From Octopus vulgaris (lineage: Eukaryota), in the NCBI GenBank assembly GCA_951406725.2, contig OX597842.1:15438001-15502000 (forward strand): a DNA stretch of 64,000 nucleotides, read 5' to 3'. A program made the translations under genes and the position numbers. The notes beneath the pieces are model-generated. The model ran no database searches and was not told the DNA's origin. It saw only the letters and a program-made list of their open reading frames with translations. Positions 29,068 to 41,749 of this stretch are shown in pieces; position 1 is the first letter of the stretch; each line of letters begins with the position of its first letter.

Positions 29068-29885
29068 TGTGAAATAGAAAGATGAATAATCTTGTAGTAG
29101 ATTAATCAAAAGTTTAACCGATACCTTAGTAGCAAAAATCACAGCAGTAAACAGCACGGTTGGAGGTACAACCATATGGTGTTGCAACCGTGCGTTGGTG
29201 CGGATAATTGAAATTAAAACATTATTGGTGAATTGAAGAAATGGAGCTGAACGCAGATTGAACAGAAATCGTTTTATTTCATTCTACACGTGTTTCGAAA
29301 GGCACAAATTACCAAAATCCGATTGAATAATGGGACCATATTGTGTCTTTCTCTTCAGGAAGAAAATAGGAAATCTGTTGGAAAAACAAAAACAGAACAG
29401 AGGCGGAGCAAAAACAAATCGAACTATGCTCCTAAGAGCCCATGGCGAAACTGTTTATCAGTGTATGTTGAGAACCGGTGGCTGAAGAATTTAACGGGTC
29501 AGGCATCGGTCAATCATGTGGGTGAGGGTGTGTGGGTGTTCTTTGTGACCGAGAATAAAGTTCTGACTATTTAAGGAATATTGGATGTTTTATAAGGGGC
29601 GAGAAAAAATCTACTTAGAGACGTGTGTGTGTGTATACTGTTCTATATATGTGTGTGTTGGCGTAGGGGTAGAAAACATTTTTTGTGTACGTGTGTGCGT
29701 TTGAGCGTTCGGCTGTCAGTGGCTACTGCCGCGAGAACCGTTGGGTGGCAGAAAAAAAAAAATATATATATATTATGTTTTATGTGTGTGTGTGTTCATC
29801 TAAGCCTGCCTTGTCAAGGAAACCCCCGCTGTGAAAAAAACCAAGCCCCGTTTGTCTTACAGGAGTAATTCCCCTTGCAGTGGTT
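29068..29885 (-). mobile_element. PLE pseudo-LTR/3'UTR (solo) in (TA)n, related to the element at 53822-56550
   Basis: 29068-29212 matches 53823-53967. 29230-29880 is the reverse-complement homolog of ~55930-56550 and includes an HHR. Absent from the paralogous site in copy 3. Confidence 0.8.
29283..29361 (-). ncRNA. Hammerhead ribozyme, family H2 (long stem II)
   Basis: Reverse complement: ttc-CTGAAGA-gaaagacacaa...ttgtgcctttc-GAAA-cacgtg-TA-gaa, with palindromic stem III and a GUA site. Confidence 0.85.
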
Positions 29886-30427
29886 AATCGTATATATAAA
29901 TTTATATGTATGTATAAATTTATATGTATGTATGTATGTATATATGCATGTATATATATATACATATGTGTGTGTGTGTGTGTGTGTGTGTGTCCATACA
30001 TATATCACTCTATACACGTTTCTAAGAATATGTGTGTAAGTATGCATGTGTGTGCCTGTGTATACACAGATAATTCAGTTGAATCTTAATTTGTCGGACG
30101 ATGCCAGGCAGAGAGATTCTGACGTCACAAGAACAAAATAGATCTAAAGAGAGAGCTTGTCATTCTCTTCTCTTCTCTCACTCTCTCCCGAAACCTTTCT
30201 TCTCTCATGATAATAACATCGAAAAATACCTTAGATATGAGAACCCAGGTTCGAAATTTCCCCACGACACCTGTTGAAAGCTGGAGGGTATAATAGCCGA
30301 AGCGTTGTGTTAACAACAAACAAGATGAGGACGAATATCCGTCAAATGTAAATAATGTAAATAACAACTTTTATTGTTTCAAATTTTTTTCTTCTTTGCT
30401 TGTTTCAGCGTATTTTTGATCACCAAA

Positions 30428-30596
30428 ATGACCAAGATTGTATTATTAGCTGCATTACTAATGACATTATGTGACTTCAGACTGTTCATTGCTTATAATG
30501 TCAATAGAGTCGAGTGAAATACTTGACGTGTATCTAATGGAAATGTTGACCGGCCATAATCAAGGATATTCTGTTCGATAACAACTTCAAAGGGCG

Positions 30597-30597
<1 letters not shown>
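30428..30597 (+). pseudogene. Stop-containing first-coding-exon-like segment (signal anchor/TM), copy 1
   Basis: Polypyrimidine tract and tttcag| acceptor, caaaATG, then [53 protein letters not shown]. Confidence 0.4.
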
Positions 30598-30695
<98 letters not shown>

Positions 30696-30824
30696 TGTGT
30701 GTGTCTCTGTGTGTGAATGTGTGTGTGGGTCTATGTATATATATATTTATATATATATATATATGTATACACAAATATATATACACACATATATATATCT
30801 TAAGAGAGAGATAGAGGGGGGTAT

Positions 30825-30975
30825 ATTCAGGCTGTGTAATGAAATCACATGGAGTGTCAGTTGGAATTGATCCAAAAGCCATAGAAACCCTTGCTTCAGA
30901 CCGAGTTGAATGGCAAACAAAATTGCAATGAAAGTTTTGAAGAAGCCAGGATGACCCAATCAAAACTGAAAACAT
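30825..30975 (+). mobile_element. RTE LINE 3' remnant (also 52615-52980 and reverse 39150-39480)
   Basis: [22 protein letters not shown]...FEEARMTQ. Copy 3 continues into a C2H2 remnant FQYSVCQKV*KANGGL. Confidence 0.6.
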
Positions 30976-31059
30976 GGCAGAATTTTGGAGGGAAAATTTA
31001 CGTTCCCAGTCATTACGTAGTTTTAACATCTGCGCACTTCCCCCCACTATCTGATGTCG

Positions 31060-31450
31060 CTGGGTCAGAAGTGAGGGCTGGTGGCATTTGGTAAAGCTAT
31101 CGAATATAGCGCCGATGACGGAAATCAAACTACTTTTCTATGTTTGTGATCCAGAAACAGGTGTTCGTTATTAACGGTGAGTGATTGCTTTCGTCTATTT
31201 GCTACTCCGGTTTTGTGTATGTGAGCCGCAAGGGCCTTCGTTTTTGGAATCTCCACATATAGAAAATGGAAAAAAACGGTCTTTGACTGCCATTACTAAT
31301 TCCTTCGGTATGAGGCGAAACAGCCTGCTGCTAGCGATCTTATTTACTTTACTATATACTGAACCTTACAAAGGTCCTGACAATTGATTTGTCGTATTTA
31401 CATACCGAAATTTACCGGTAAATAATTGTTGGTTACATGAAAAATCACAG
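31060..31450 (+). pseudogene. Possible decayed Ty3/Gypsy gag-protease fragment
   Basis: LFYVCDPETGVRY resembles the stretch before the Gypsy protease DTG motif; the rest is frameshifted. Confidence 0.3.
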
Positions 31451-31787
31451 GAAAATTATTTACCATTTTTATTGTATATATATATATATGTAGGTATATA
31501 TATGTGTGTGTGTGTATGTGTGCGTGTGAGTGAATCACTGTGAGTGTGTGTATATGTATATATATATATATATAAACATATGAGAGAAAGAGAGAGAAAT
31601 ACAATCATAAACCACCACAGATTAGGCGAAAGTAATACACAAGCACACACATACATGAATATATATTTGTAAATAAATATATTCCTACATATATGCATAC
31701 ATACATTCATAGATTGATGCACACACATAAACACATGCACACAAATATATGCATATATATATATACATATATATGTGTGGGTGTGTG

Positions 31788-31847
<60 letters not shown>

Positions 31848-32360
31848 CATACATATATTGAGGTTATGAGAGGTAATATCAATAAGACCCAAAGGTGCCA
31901 GGTAATAATACTTTGAATACTATGTAAATACTATAGCAGCTTACACACAAGGTACTGGAATCTATTCGGTAAACCATTCTGCCTAAATAATGGAACTACA
32001 GATACAATATCCCTGCATATCTCACATCTATTTTCATTCCTCCACTCCACTCTCTATTTCATGTCTTATCTAGAATAACTATTGCTTAACGATATTCTCA
32101 CACCGTCTACGGTGAAGGGATATATAAATTATCCCGGAAAGAGCTCTAAGACCTTCTCTTTTAAAATGTTCTGAAATCTTTCACAGCCTGAGATTTTTAT
32201 CTCATTCTGTTAATTGTTTTTTCATATCTACGCATGCTGATATATGAGACACGCTGGACTCCTCATTCACATAATCACCGAACATGTAGCTTAAGTACAG
32301 TCTGTCCATAGCATTTACTAAGCATTTCCTGACAACTTTGGGATTTATTGACTCCATTAC

Positions 32361-32401
<41 letters not shown>

Positions 32402-32916
32402 TCAATTGTGGGGGATGTCCATTTATTTACTGCTATTCCTTGAAGCAAGGCGAATTATTTTTGTTTATGGTCGTTGCCCCTCACGATCGTGTGCTGAAAC
32501 GAAAACAATTGCAGCGTGGAAGGTGTTTGTAAGCCATCTAAGATAGACACAAAAGACGTCCGATTTACTTCAACATTTAAGTTCAATTTGTCAAAATATT
32601 TTTGACGCTGTAAGACCGCGACCTGCGGTCTTATAAAAAAGAAATTTTAACATATATATATATATATATATACGTTATTTACATTTTATTTACATCGTTG
32701 CGGCTGATATACCTGCCACACTTAATCAGGTGTTGTGGGGGAAATTTCAAACCTGGGCTCTCGTTCCTCAGGTATTTTTCGATGTTACTATTATGAATAT
32801 TATTATTATTATTATTCATGTCACTGCCTGGAATCGAAGTCGGAATGTTGGGGTTAGTAGCCCGCGCCATTAACAACTATGCCATATTCCCGTGGGCATA
32901 TGGCATAGTGATTAAG

Positions 32917-32960
32917 ACACCTGATGAACGCTGGAGGGAGTATCAGCTGAAACGTTGTGT
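32917..32960 (+). ncRNA. Hammerhead motif, family H1 (intact core)
   Basis: acac-CTGATGA-ac-gctg-gagggagtat-cagc-t-GAAA-cg-TT-gtgt. Paralog at 42938-42981; related copies at 30267-30310, 52076-52119 and reverse 40110-40153 carry GAAG. Confidence 0.7.
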
Positions 32961-33048
32961 TAACAACAAACAAGATAAGGACACATATCCTTCAAATATA
33001 AATAATGTAAATAAAGTACATATTTCCGCATTTCTTAAATATAAAACT

Positions 33049-33126
<78 letters not shown>

Positions 33127-33384
33127 TATATAACATGCATACATTGCTGAAAGTGTTCAATACTTCAATTTAAGTTGTATTTCTTTTATTTATTACGACA
33201 CCAGGGAATTGAAGTTTGTCTTGTACCCCATACAACACATGTTTATAACCCTGGTCGTTTATTGATTTACAATTATTATCCGTGGGTACATCACGGGTAT
33301 AGTTCAGGAAAATATCACTACTATAATTCATGTATATATATGTATGCATATATATTTGTATATATCTTTATATATATTTAATAT

Positions 33385-33435
<51 letters not shown>

Positions 33436-33764
33436 TCAATTGTGGGGTATGTCCATTTATTTACTGCTATTCCTTGAAGCAAGGCGAATTATTTTTGTTT
33501 ATGGTCGTTGCCCTCACACGTCTTTGGCAGTTCAAAAACGCTGAAGCTTTTACGATAGTGTCACAATTTTATTGACTGCTATTTCTAATAAACAATCGTG
33601 CCTTGTTGAACAACAACTCACTCTCTCTCTCCCTCTCTCCCTCTCTCTCTCTCTCTACATATATATATATATATATATATATATACATGCATGCACACAG
33701 ATACATGAATATATATTTGTACATATATTCCCTCATATATGCACACAGACATGCATAAATGGAT

Positions 33765-33851
<87 letters not shown>

Positions 33852-34082
33852 GTGTGTCCATGCATATTTGTCCATATACATACCTACTTATACATCTATA
33901 CATACAAATGCAGACATGTAATTGTGTCCGTGCGTTTATAGCCTTGACAACAATAATGAAGACGATTATGATGATGATGGTGACGTCAGTTGTTTACTTG
34001 CATGTAAAAATATCAGACCTGATTTTTGACTAAGAGGCCTGCAGTCGTTAATGTTAAGTCAAGTGTGACTCAGTGTCAACAT

Positions 34083-34127
<45 letters not shown>

Positions 34128-34893
34128 CACAACAAACTAACACAGATAAACACGCAGGTGACTCAGATCAACAATTACTGCTATATCGTGTCCACCCAAA
34201 GGTGGCGAACTAGTAGAAACGTTAGTGCGCCGAGCGAAATGCGTAGCCGTATTTCGTCCGTCGCTAAGAACTGAGTTCATATTCCGACGAAGTCGACTTT
34301 GCCTTTCATCCTTTCGGGGTCGATAAATTAAATACCAGTTACGCACTGGGGTTGATGTAATCGAATTAATCCGTTTGTCTGTCCTTGTTTGTGACCTCTA
34401 TGTTTATCCCCTTGTGTCTAATAAAGAAACAGATATTTCGCCCGTCGACACGTTATGATTTCAAATCCAGCCGTGGTTTAATTTGCCTTTCATCATTTCG
34501 GGGACGATCAATTAAGTACCAGTAAAAGACTGAAGGTCGATGTATTCGACTTGTCCCCCGCCCAAATTTCACGCCTTGTGCCTATTGTAGAACTATATAT
34601 CTTGATCAGCCAATATCTTGTTACTAATATTCATGGCTTTTTCCAGAGAATATCCATGTCTCTGTTCGAATTCTGCCACAGCTAACATTCACTTTTAACG
34701 TTTTAGTGTCGATAAAATAAGAAGCAGGTTCATATCGGGGTCGAAGTAATAAACTAGCAAACTCCCACAACAGTTCGGGACTTGTACCTATGGATCTTTG
34801 CTCACTTTCTATATTTCTCACTCACTCTTTAAATATATATATATGTATGTATGTATGTATATATATATATATATATGTATGTGTGTGAGGGTG

Positions 34894-34951
<58 letters not shown>

Positions 34952-34962
34952 TATATATATAA

Positions 34963-35015
<53 letters not shown>

Positions 35016-35043
35016 ACTATATATATATATACATACATATATA

Positions 35044-35176
<133 letters not shown>

Positions 35177-35466
35177 TGGATGTGTGGTAAGTAGCTATCT
35201 AACCAATCACATGCTTTCGGGTTCAGCATTGAAGCGCAGGCAAGTGTCTTCTACTATATCCTCGGCCAGAATAAATCTTTTTGAGCGGATTTGCTAGACG
35301 GAAACTGAACAAAGCCTTCGAATACTTATGTATGTATATGTTTGTGTGTGTGTATATGTGTGTAAAATATTTATGTAGATACATCTATATATATATGATA
35401 TATATATTTGTATGTATGCATGTATATATATATATGTGTATGTATGTATGTATATATATAAGTGTG

Positions 35467-35508
<42 letters not shown>

Positions 35509-35511
<3 letters not shown>

Positions 35512-36005
35512 TATTATAAAAGGCAGATTTTATCTGCCTCCCTTTGGGAGTTATACAAATCTACAATATAGGATTTCTTCAATTACTATTTACCTGGCAT
35601 TTTTAAGAGTACAATGCATCGCGTCATGCCAGCTCCAGTTTTTAAAATTTAAACTCCAATTAAGCAAAATTTACAGAAAACTCACTCTGGTGTGTGTGTC
35701 AGATGCTTTTCTTAGTCTGGTTTACACCACACGCAAACGCACACACACAGTGGGCAACGAATAAAATGAAAGTAAATTCACTTACTGTAGTGAGTCATTC
35801 TTTCACTCTGCCTCCCACTTCCTCTTTCAACACAGACACGCAAATATATAAATAAAATTGTAAGCTAACGTGCGTGTGTGTGAGTGGGTGGGTGTGGGTG
35901 TGCGCGTGTGTGTGTGTGTGAGGGTGCGTGTGTGTGTGTGTGTGTGTGCGTGTGCGTGAGTGTGTGACAGGAAAGTTTTTTTACGACGAATATAATACCT
36001 ATATC
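35509..36005 (+). mobile_element. Probable Helitron-like non-autonomous element, 5' part
   Basis: TC start (tcttattataaaaggcag) after (TA)n; absent from the paralogous copies. Confidence 0.35.
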
Positions 36006-36017
36006 CAAGTAGCAGAA

Positions 36018-36503
36018 AGATAAGACCGTAAGGTGTGATTTGAGGGAGATTTCGCTGCTATTTCTACCATGTCTAGCTGCCATGTAGGGGTCTCCCTCAT
36101 AGGCTCATACATACATATATATATACATAGATAAGACAGTAAGGTGTGATTTGGGGGAAATTTGGCTGCTATTTCTACCAGGTCTAGCTGCCATGTAGGG
36201 GTCTCCCTCATAGGCTCATACATACATATATACATAGATAAGACAGTAAGGTGTGATTTGGGGGAAATTTGGCTGCTATTTCTACCAGGTCTAGCTGCCA
36301 TGAGGGGTCTCCCTCATAGGCTCATACATACATATATACATAGATAAGACAGTAAGGTGTGATTTGGGGGAAATTTGGCTGCTATTTCTACCAGGTCTAG
36401 CTACCATGTAGAGGTCCCCCTCATTGGCTCATATATATATATACATACATAAGACAGTAAGGTGTGATTTGAGGGAGATTTGGCTGCTGTTTCTACCAGG
36501 TCT
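36018..36503 (+). repeat. Minisatellite, ~107-111 bp unit, ~4.5 copies
   Basis: agataagacagtaaggtgtgatttgggggaaatttggctgctatttctaccaggtctagctgccatgtaggggtctccctcataggctc recurs at ~36018, 36129, 36236, 36342 and 36449. Confidence 0.95.
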
Positions 36504-36865
36504 GTTAGGCCTTCTCATGTAAACTCAAGCTTTCTCATGCCTTCAACATATGACCAAAAGCAGAGAATGTATTCTTTTATTCTTCTGCTTTTTCCAGCCA
36601 TTGGTCTGTGGCCATGCTGGGGCAATGCCTTGAAGAATTGTAGTTTAATGAATCAACTCCAGTTTTATTTTTGTAAGCATTGTACTTATTCTATCTGTTT
36701 CCTTTGTCAAACCACTAGGTGACAGGGATGTAAACAAACCAACATTCGTTATCAAGCAGTGGTGGAGGACAATCACAAGCACAGACACGCACACACACAC
36801 ACACACACATACATGCATACACATATACACACATACATACATATATATATATGTGTATATATATA

Positions 36866-37189
36866 TTGCAGCGTGGAAGGTGTTTGTAAGCCATTTAAGA
36901 AACACACAAAAACCGTTACATTCACTTCAACATTTAAATTTAATTTGCCAAAATATTTTCGTCGCTTTGAGACCGCCACCTGTTCACTGACAAAAATATC
37001 GTGCTAACAGGTCGCGGTCTCAAAGCGACGAAAATATTTTGACAAATTAAATTTAAATGTTGAAGTGAATCTAACGGTTTTTGTGTGTTTCTTAAATGGC
37101 TTATAAACACCCTTCAACGCTGCAACTGTTTTCGTTCCAGCACACGATCTCAGATCAAGTCACTTGCTATGCAAGTACATCTCTGTAAC
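36866..37189. mobile_element. Short inverted-repeat insertion with one-sided tail (PLE pLTR-like); same family in reverse at 24985-25175, 32485-32635, 42520-42710
   Basis: Arms at ~36866-36984 and ~37006-37125 are reverse complements; the tail runs to ~37189; flanked by (TA)n. Confidence 0.8.
36944..36994 (-). ncRNA. Hammerhead-like motif with G3-C8 swapped core, family H3
   Basis: Reverse complement: tttgtca-GTGAACA-g-gtggc-ggtctcaaa-gcgac-GAAA-atat-TT-tggcaaa. Confidence 0.6.
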
Positions 37190-37287
37190 TATATATATAT
37201 TTATATATATATATATATGTATATTGGTAAAAACAGTAAGATAACAAAAGAAAGAAAGAGACCTCAATATTATGTAAATAGAGGAAA

Positions 37288-37682
37288 TCTTTATAGATAA
37301 AAGTGAGGTTGTGTGTCTGTCTCCTACGATTTAGATTCCTAACTACTCCCACATTTTGCGGTGCAGTTTAACCAAAACCGGGTATCTTATAGTCGTGATT
37401 CATATCGAGACCGTCTGGGTATTAGCGCGCGTCTACGATGAGTCTACGATTTATAAAAAAATTTACCATCAATTTTTCCCATTTTTAATCCATTTTTGAC
37501 ATATATAAGGGAAGTAACTCTCTAAAATTTATTATTAAATCTCAGAACGTAAAAAGCTACAGTAACACCCCTCCCCCTTTGTGGTTAGCCATATTGAGAT
37601 GGCTATTATACTTTACATCTCTAAAAATGCTTATATAATTATTTCCCTTACAAACCCGAGCAACGCCGGGCGATACTGCTAG
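37288..37682 (+). mobile_element. Non-autonomous Helitron, complete
   Basis: 5' TC after A; 3' hairpin cccg-agcaacgc-cggg (37655-37670) followed by CTAG (37679-37682) and T. Confidence 0.8.
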
Positions 37683-37723
<41 letters not shown>

Positions 37724-37739
37724 TTACGTATTGTATGTA

Positions 37740-38400
37740 TGCTGATGAGTACGTAAGTATGAAATCACTGTGATACAGGTCTATATTTTTTTAAATGTCT
37801 TACTTTGAAAAATTGCATTCGGTGGGATTAGTAATATTTTTGGTAGAAATGACTAATTGTCCCTCTTAGCGTTTGGCATGTATGTATAATGCCTTCTGGC
37901 ATGTATGTATAATGCCCTCTATATATAAATTAATATGTTCAATAAGAAATAATTATTTTCGAAACTTTTTCTCTTATGAGGTTTTTACGCTATCTACCTG
38001 ACAATTTCTTGTTAAGTTTTCCTTATTAAGTAGTTGTCCTTAATTGCTAAATTTTTATTCCGAAAAAACTTTCCCTCTCCCGAAATGCAATTCGTAAAAG
38101 TTTGCCATTTATCCGGATGTAATATATGTAAACTCACCCATGTGCTTCGTTGATGTTGAGCAGTTAGCTGATCGGCTTAAGCGGGGCAGGGTCGTTGTTT
38201 AATTATAATGCATTCAGGCCTGCTGATGAGTACGTAAGTATGAAATCACTGTGATACAGGTCTATATTTTTTTAAATGTCTTACTTTGAAAAATTGCATT
38301 CGGTGGGATTAGTAATATTTTTGGTAGAAATGACTAATTGTCCCTCTTAGCGTTTGGCATGTATGTATAATGCCTTCTGGCATGTATGTATAATGCCCTC

Positions 38401-38410
<10 letters not shown>
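37740..38410 (+). mobile_element. Non-coding HHR-bounded tandem unit (retrozyme/pLTR-like), ~1.4 copies of a 481-bp monomer
   Basis: CTGATGA cores at 37742 and 38223; 37740-37930 is repeated at 38221-38410; no ORF. Confidence 0.8.
38217..38262 (+). ncRNA. Hammerhead ribozyme, family H4
   Basis: ggcctg-CTGATGA-gtac-gtaa-gtat-GAAA-tcac-t-gtga-TA-caggtc. Confidence 0.85.
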
Positions 38411-38439
<29 letters not shown>

Positions 38440-38448
<9 letters not shown>

Positions 38449-38495
38449 CACACACTCACAGAGACTCACTCACACGCCCACACACACACACACGC

Positions 38496-38535
<40 letters not shown>

Positions 38536-38556
38536 TATATACATATATGTATATAA

Positions 38557-38600
<44 letters not shown>

Positions 38601-39526
38601 TATTAAATGTTCATCAGTGTTTTGTTTCTTTCTATTTACATATATAAATATTTTATATATCACTCCCAGGAAGTCCTATTGTTTTAATTTTTCATCTTTC
38701 CTATCTCTCTCCTTCTCTTCCGCCCTCTCTCACATACATACATAGAAATATACATAATTACATGTATACACAATAAGAAACATATATTCATACATCGTAC
38801 ATACATACACAGAAACATATATACATACGTCATATATACATACATACATACTTTCATACATACATTCATACATACAGGCATACATACATCCATGCATACA
38901 TACATACATACATACATACATACATACATACTTATGCATCACAAGAATTCAATTTATCAGTTTTCCGATTTACTAGGCCATGTGCCTCCACAAAGTGAGC
39001 TTAGTCTATACAATACTCGTTTAATGTTTCACTTATTTGAGTGCGGCCATGCTAGAGCAACACCTTGAAGTGTTTTAGTGAGACAAATCGACCTTAGAAC
39101 TGATTTATTTTAGAAAAAACCTGGTGCGTGTTCTATCGGTCTCATCTTTTTTTTCCTTCTCACTTAAATTGCATACCCAGTATGGACTACCAAGAGCTGT
39201 AGTTAAGCTGTGATCTTTGTGGATAAAATTAGTACAGTAATAGAATTTTCAGAACATATTCTCACACACAAAAGAAATTGTTGAGATTCATTTTCTGGTT
39301 GATAATAACATTTTTCTTTAATTTTGTTTTCAGTTTTGATTGGGTCATCCTGGCTTCTTCAAAACTTTCATTGCAATTTTGTTTGCCATTCAACTCGGTC
39401 TGAAGCAAGGGTTTCTATGGCTGTTGGATCAATTCCAACTGACACTCCATGTGATTTCCTTACACAGTCCTTAACATACCCCCCTCTCTCTCTTAATATT
39501 TATATATGTATATGTATATATATTTG

Positions 39527-39589
<63 letters not shown>

Positions 39590-39745
39590 ATACATATATA
39601 TATACATATATATATATATTTATACATATATATATATCCCTCACTCTCCTTCTCTCTCCTCCCTTTCTCCTCCTCTACCCTCTCCCCTTCCCGTTATATA
39701 TATATATAAATATACACATACACACACACAGACACTCACAAACAC

Positions 39746-39823
<78 letters not shown>

Positions 39824-40472
39824 CGCCCTTTGAAGTTGTTATCGAACAGAATATCCTTGATTATGGCCGGTCAACATTTCCATTAGATACACGTCAAGTA
39901 TTTCACTCGACTATATTCACAGTATAAGCAATGAAGAATCCGAAGACACATAATGCCATTGGTAATGCAGCTAAAAATACAATCTGGGTCATTTTGATGG
40001 TCAAAAATACGCTGAAACAAGCAAAGAATTAATAAATTTGAAACGATAAAGCTTCTTATTTACATTATTTACATTTGACGGATATTCGTCCTCATCTTTT
40101 TTGTTGTTAACACAACGCTTCGGCTGATATACCCTCCAGCTTTCATCAGGTGTCGTGGGGAAATTTCGAACCTGGGTTCTCATTTCTAAGGTATTTTTCG
40201 ATGTTATTATTATGAGAGAAGAAAGGTTTCGGGAGAGGGTGAGAGAAGAGAAGAGAATGACAAGCTCTCTCTTTAGATCTCTTTTGTTCTTGTGACGTCA
40301 GAATCTCTCTGCCTGACATCGTCCGACAGTGAAAGAAGCTTATCGTATACGCACACACACACACATACACATATATGTGTATATATAAATATATATATAT
40401 ATATATATACATATTTACATACATACATATAAATTTATATATACACATATATATATACATACATACATATAC

Positions 40473-40525
<53 letters not shown>

Positions 40526-40975
40526 GGCTGAGACGGAGACAGAGAGAGATACATACATACATACATGTTAAAGGAAAATAAATGAAAATCAATGCAGGGC
40601 GAGTATATCGGGTCATTTAGAATATTTAATTAGAGTTGAATGAAAAATGGAGAAGTAGACGTAATTAATGTCTCAGTTTCTGGGATAACACAGGTGATGG
40701 GTCAGCATCTCCAGACGTCAGGGTATTCCGTCGTCAGAGACCACGTGTATGCAGTAAGTTCCAGACAGAGAATTCACAGAATATAAAAGAATAAATCAGA
40801 TGACAGAAGAATAAAGACAAAAGAATAAAAAATTAAAATCTATAGAGAGATAAAGATATTAAATATATATCTTTCGGTTTCCGTCTAACAAATCCACTCA
40901 CAAGGCTTTGGTCGGAAACGATGCTATAGCAGAAGACACTTGTCGAAGTTGTCATGTAGTGGGATTGAACCAGGA
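38440..40975 (-). repeat. Inverted block spanning the copy 2/copy 3 junction of the tandem array
   Basis: Read on the minus strand, it matches 28490-28900, 30100-30600, 30810-30975 and then 23050-23760. Confidence 0.9.
39823..39992 (-). pseudogene. Signal/TM exon-like segment, inverted copy
   Basis: [53 protein letters not shown]. Confidence 0.4.
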
Positions 40976-41285
40976 ACCTGCTGATGAGTACGTAAGTATG
41001 AAATCACTGTGATACAGGTCTATATTTTTTTAAATGTCTTACTTTGAAAAATTGCATTCGGTGAGATTAGTAATATTTTTGGTAGAAATGACTAATTGTC
41101 CCTCTTAGCGTTTGGCATGTATGTATAATGCCTTCTGGCATGTATGTATAATGCCCTCTATATATAAATTAATATGTTCAATAAGAAATAATTATTTTCG
41201 AAATTTTTTCTCTTCTGAGGTTTTTACGCTATCTACCTGACAATTTCTTGTTAAGTTTTCCTTATTAAGTAGTTGTCCTTAATTG

Positions 41286-41288
<3 letters not shown>
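40976..41288 (+). mobile_element. Third, partial copy of the H4 unit, with an HHR at 40976-41019
   Basis: acctg-CTGATGA-gtacgtaagtat-GAAA-tcactgtga-TA-caggt, then near identity to 37780-38049. Confidence 0.85.
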
Positions 41289-41325
<37 letters not shown>

Positions 41326-41660
41326 AGAGAGAGAGAGAGAATGGAGAGTATGTCCCGAAATTAAGGCAACCGATGTGTTGGGCTTAAATGACAATCTATA
41401 AATGCGATGAGATGTAAAAATCATACATCATTATAAATGTTATGTGTCCCTTCTTTTTATTGCAGACTAAAGAAATAAAGATTTATTTATTAAGTAATGA
41501 CTATAGATCGAAATACAATCATAAACCACCAAAAATTAGGCGAAAGTAATGCACAGGCACACAGACATACATGAATATATATTTGTAAATAAATATATAC
41601 CTACATATATGCAAACATACATTCATAATCGGATGCACACACATAAACACATGCACACAA

Positions 41661-41749
<89 letters not shown>

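Noticed and set aside
33175-33330. Conserved short ORF (GIEVCLVPHTT...) in the array copies
   Set aside because: Conservation is explained by recent duplication; there is no recognisable domain or donor site.
36018-36503. CRISPR-like repeat-spacer appearance
   Set aside because: The repeat is ~88 bp, the spacers are only microsatellite, the context is eukaryotic and there are no cas genes.
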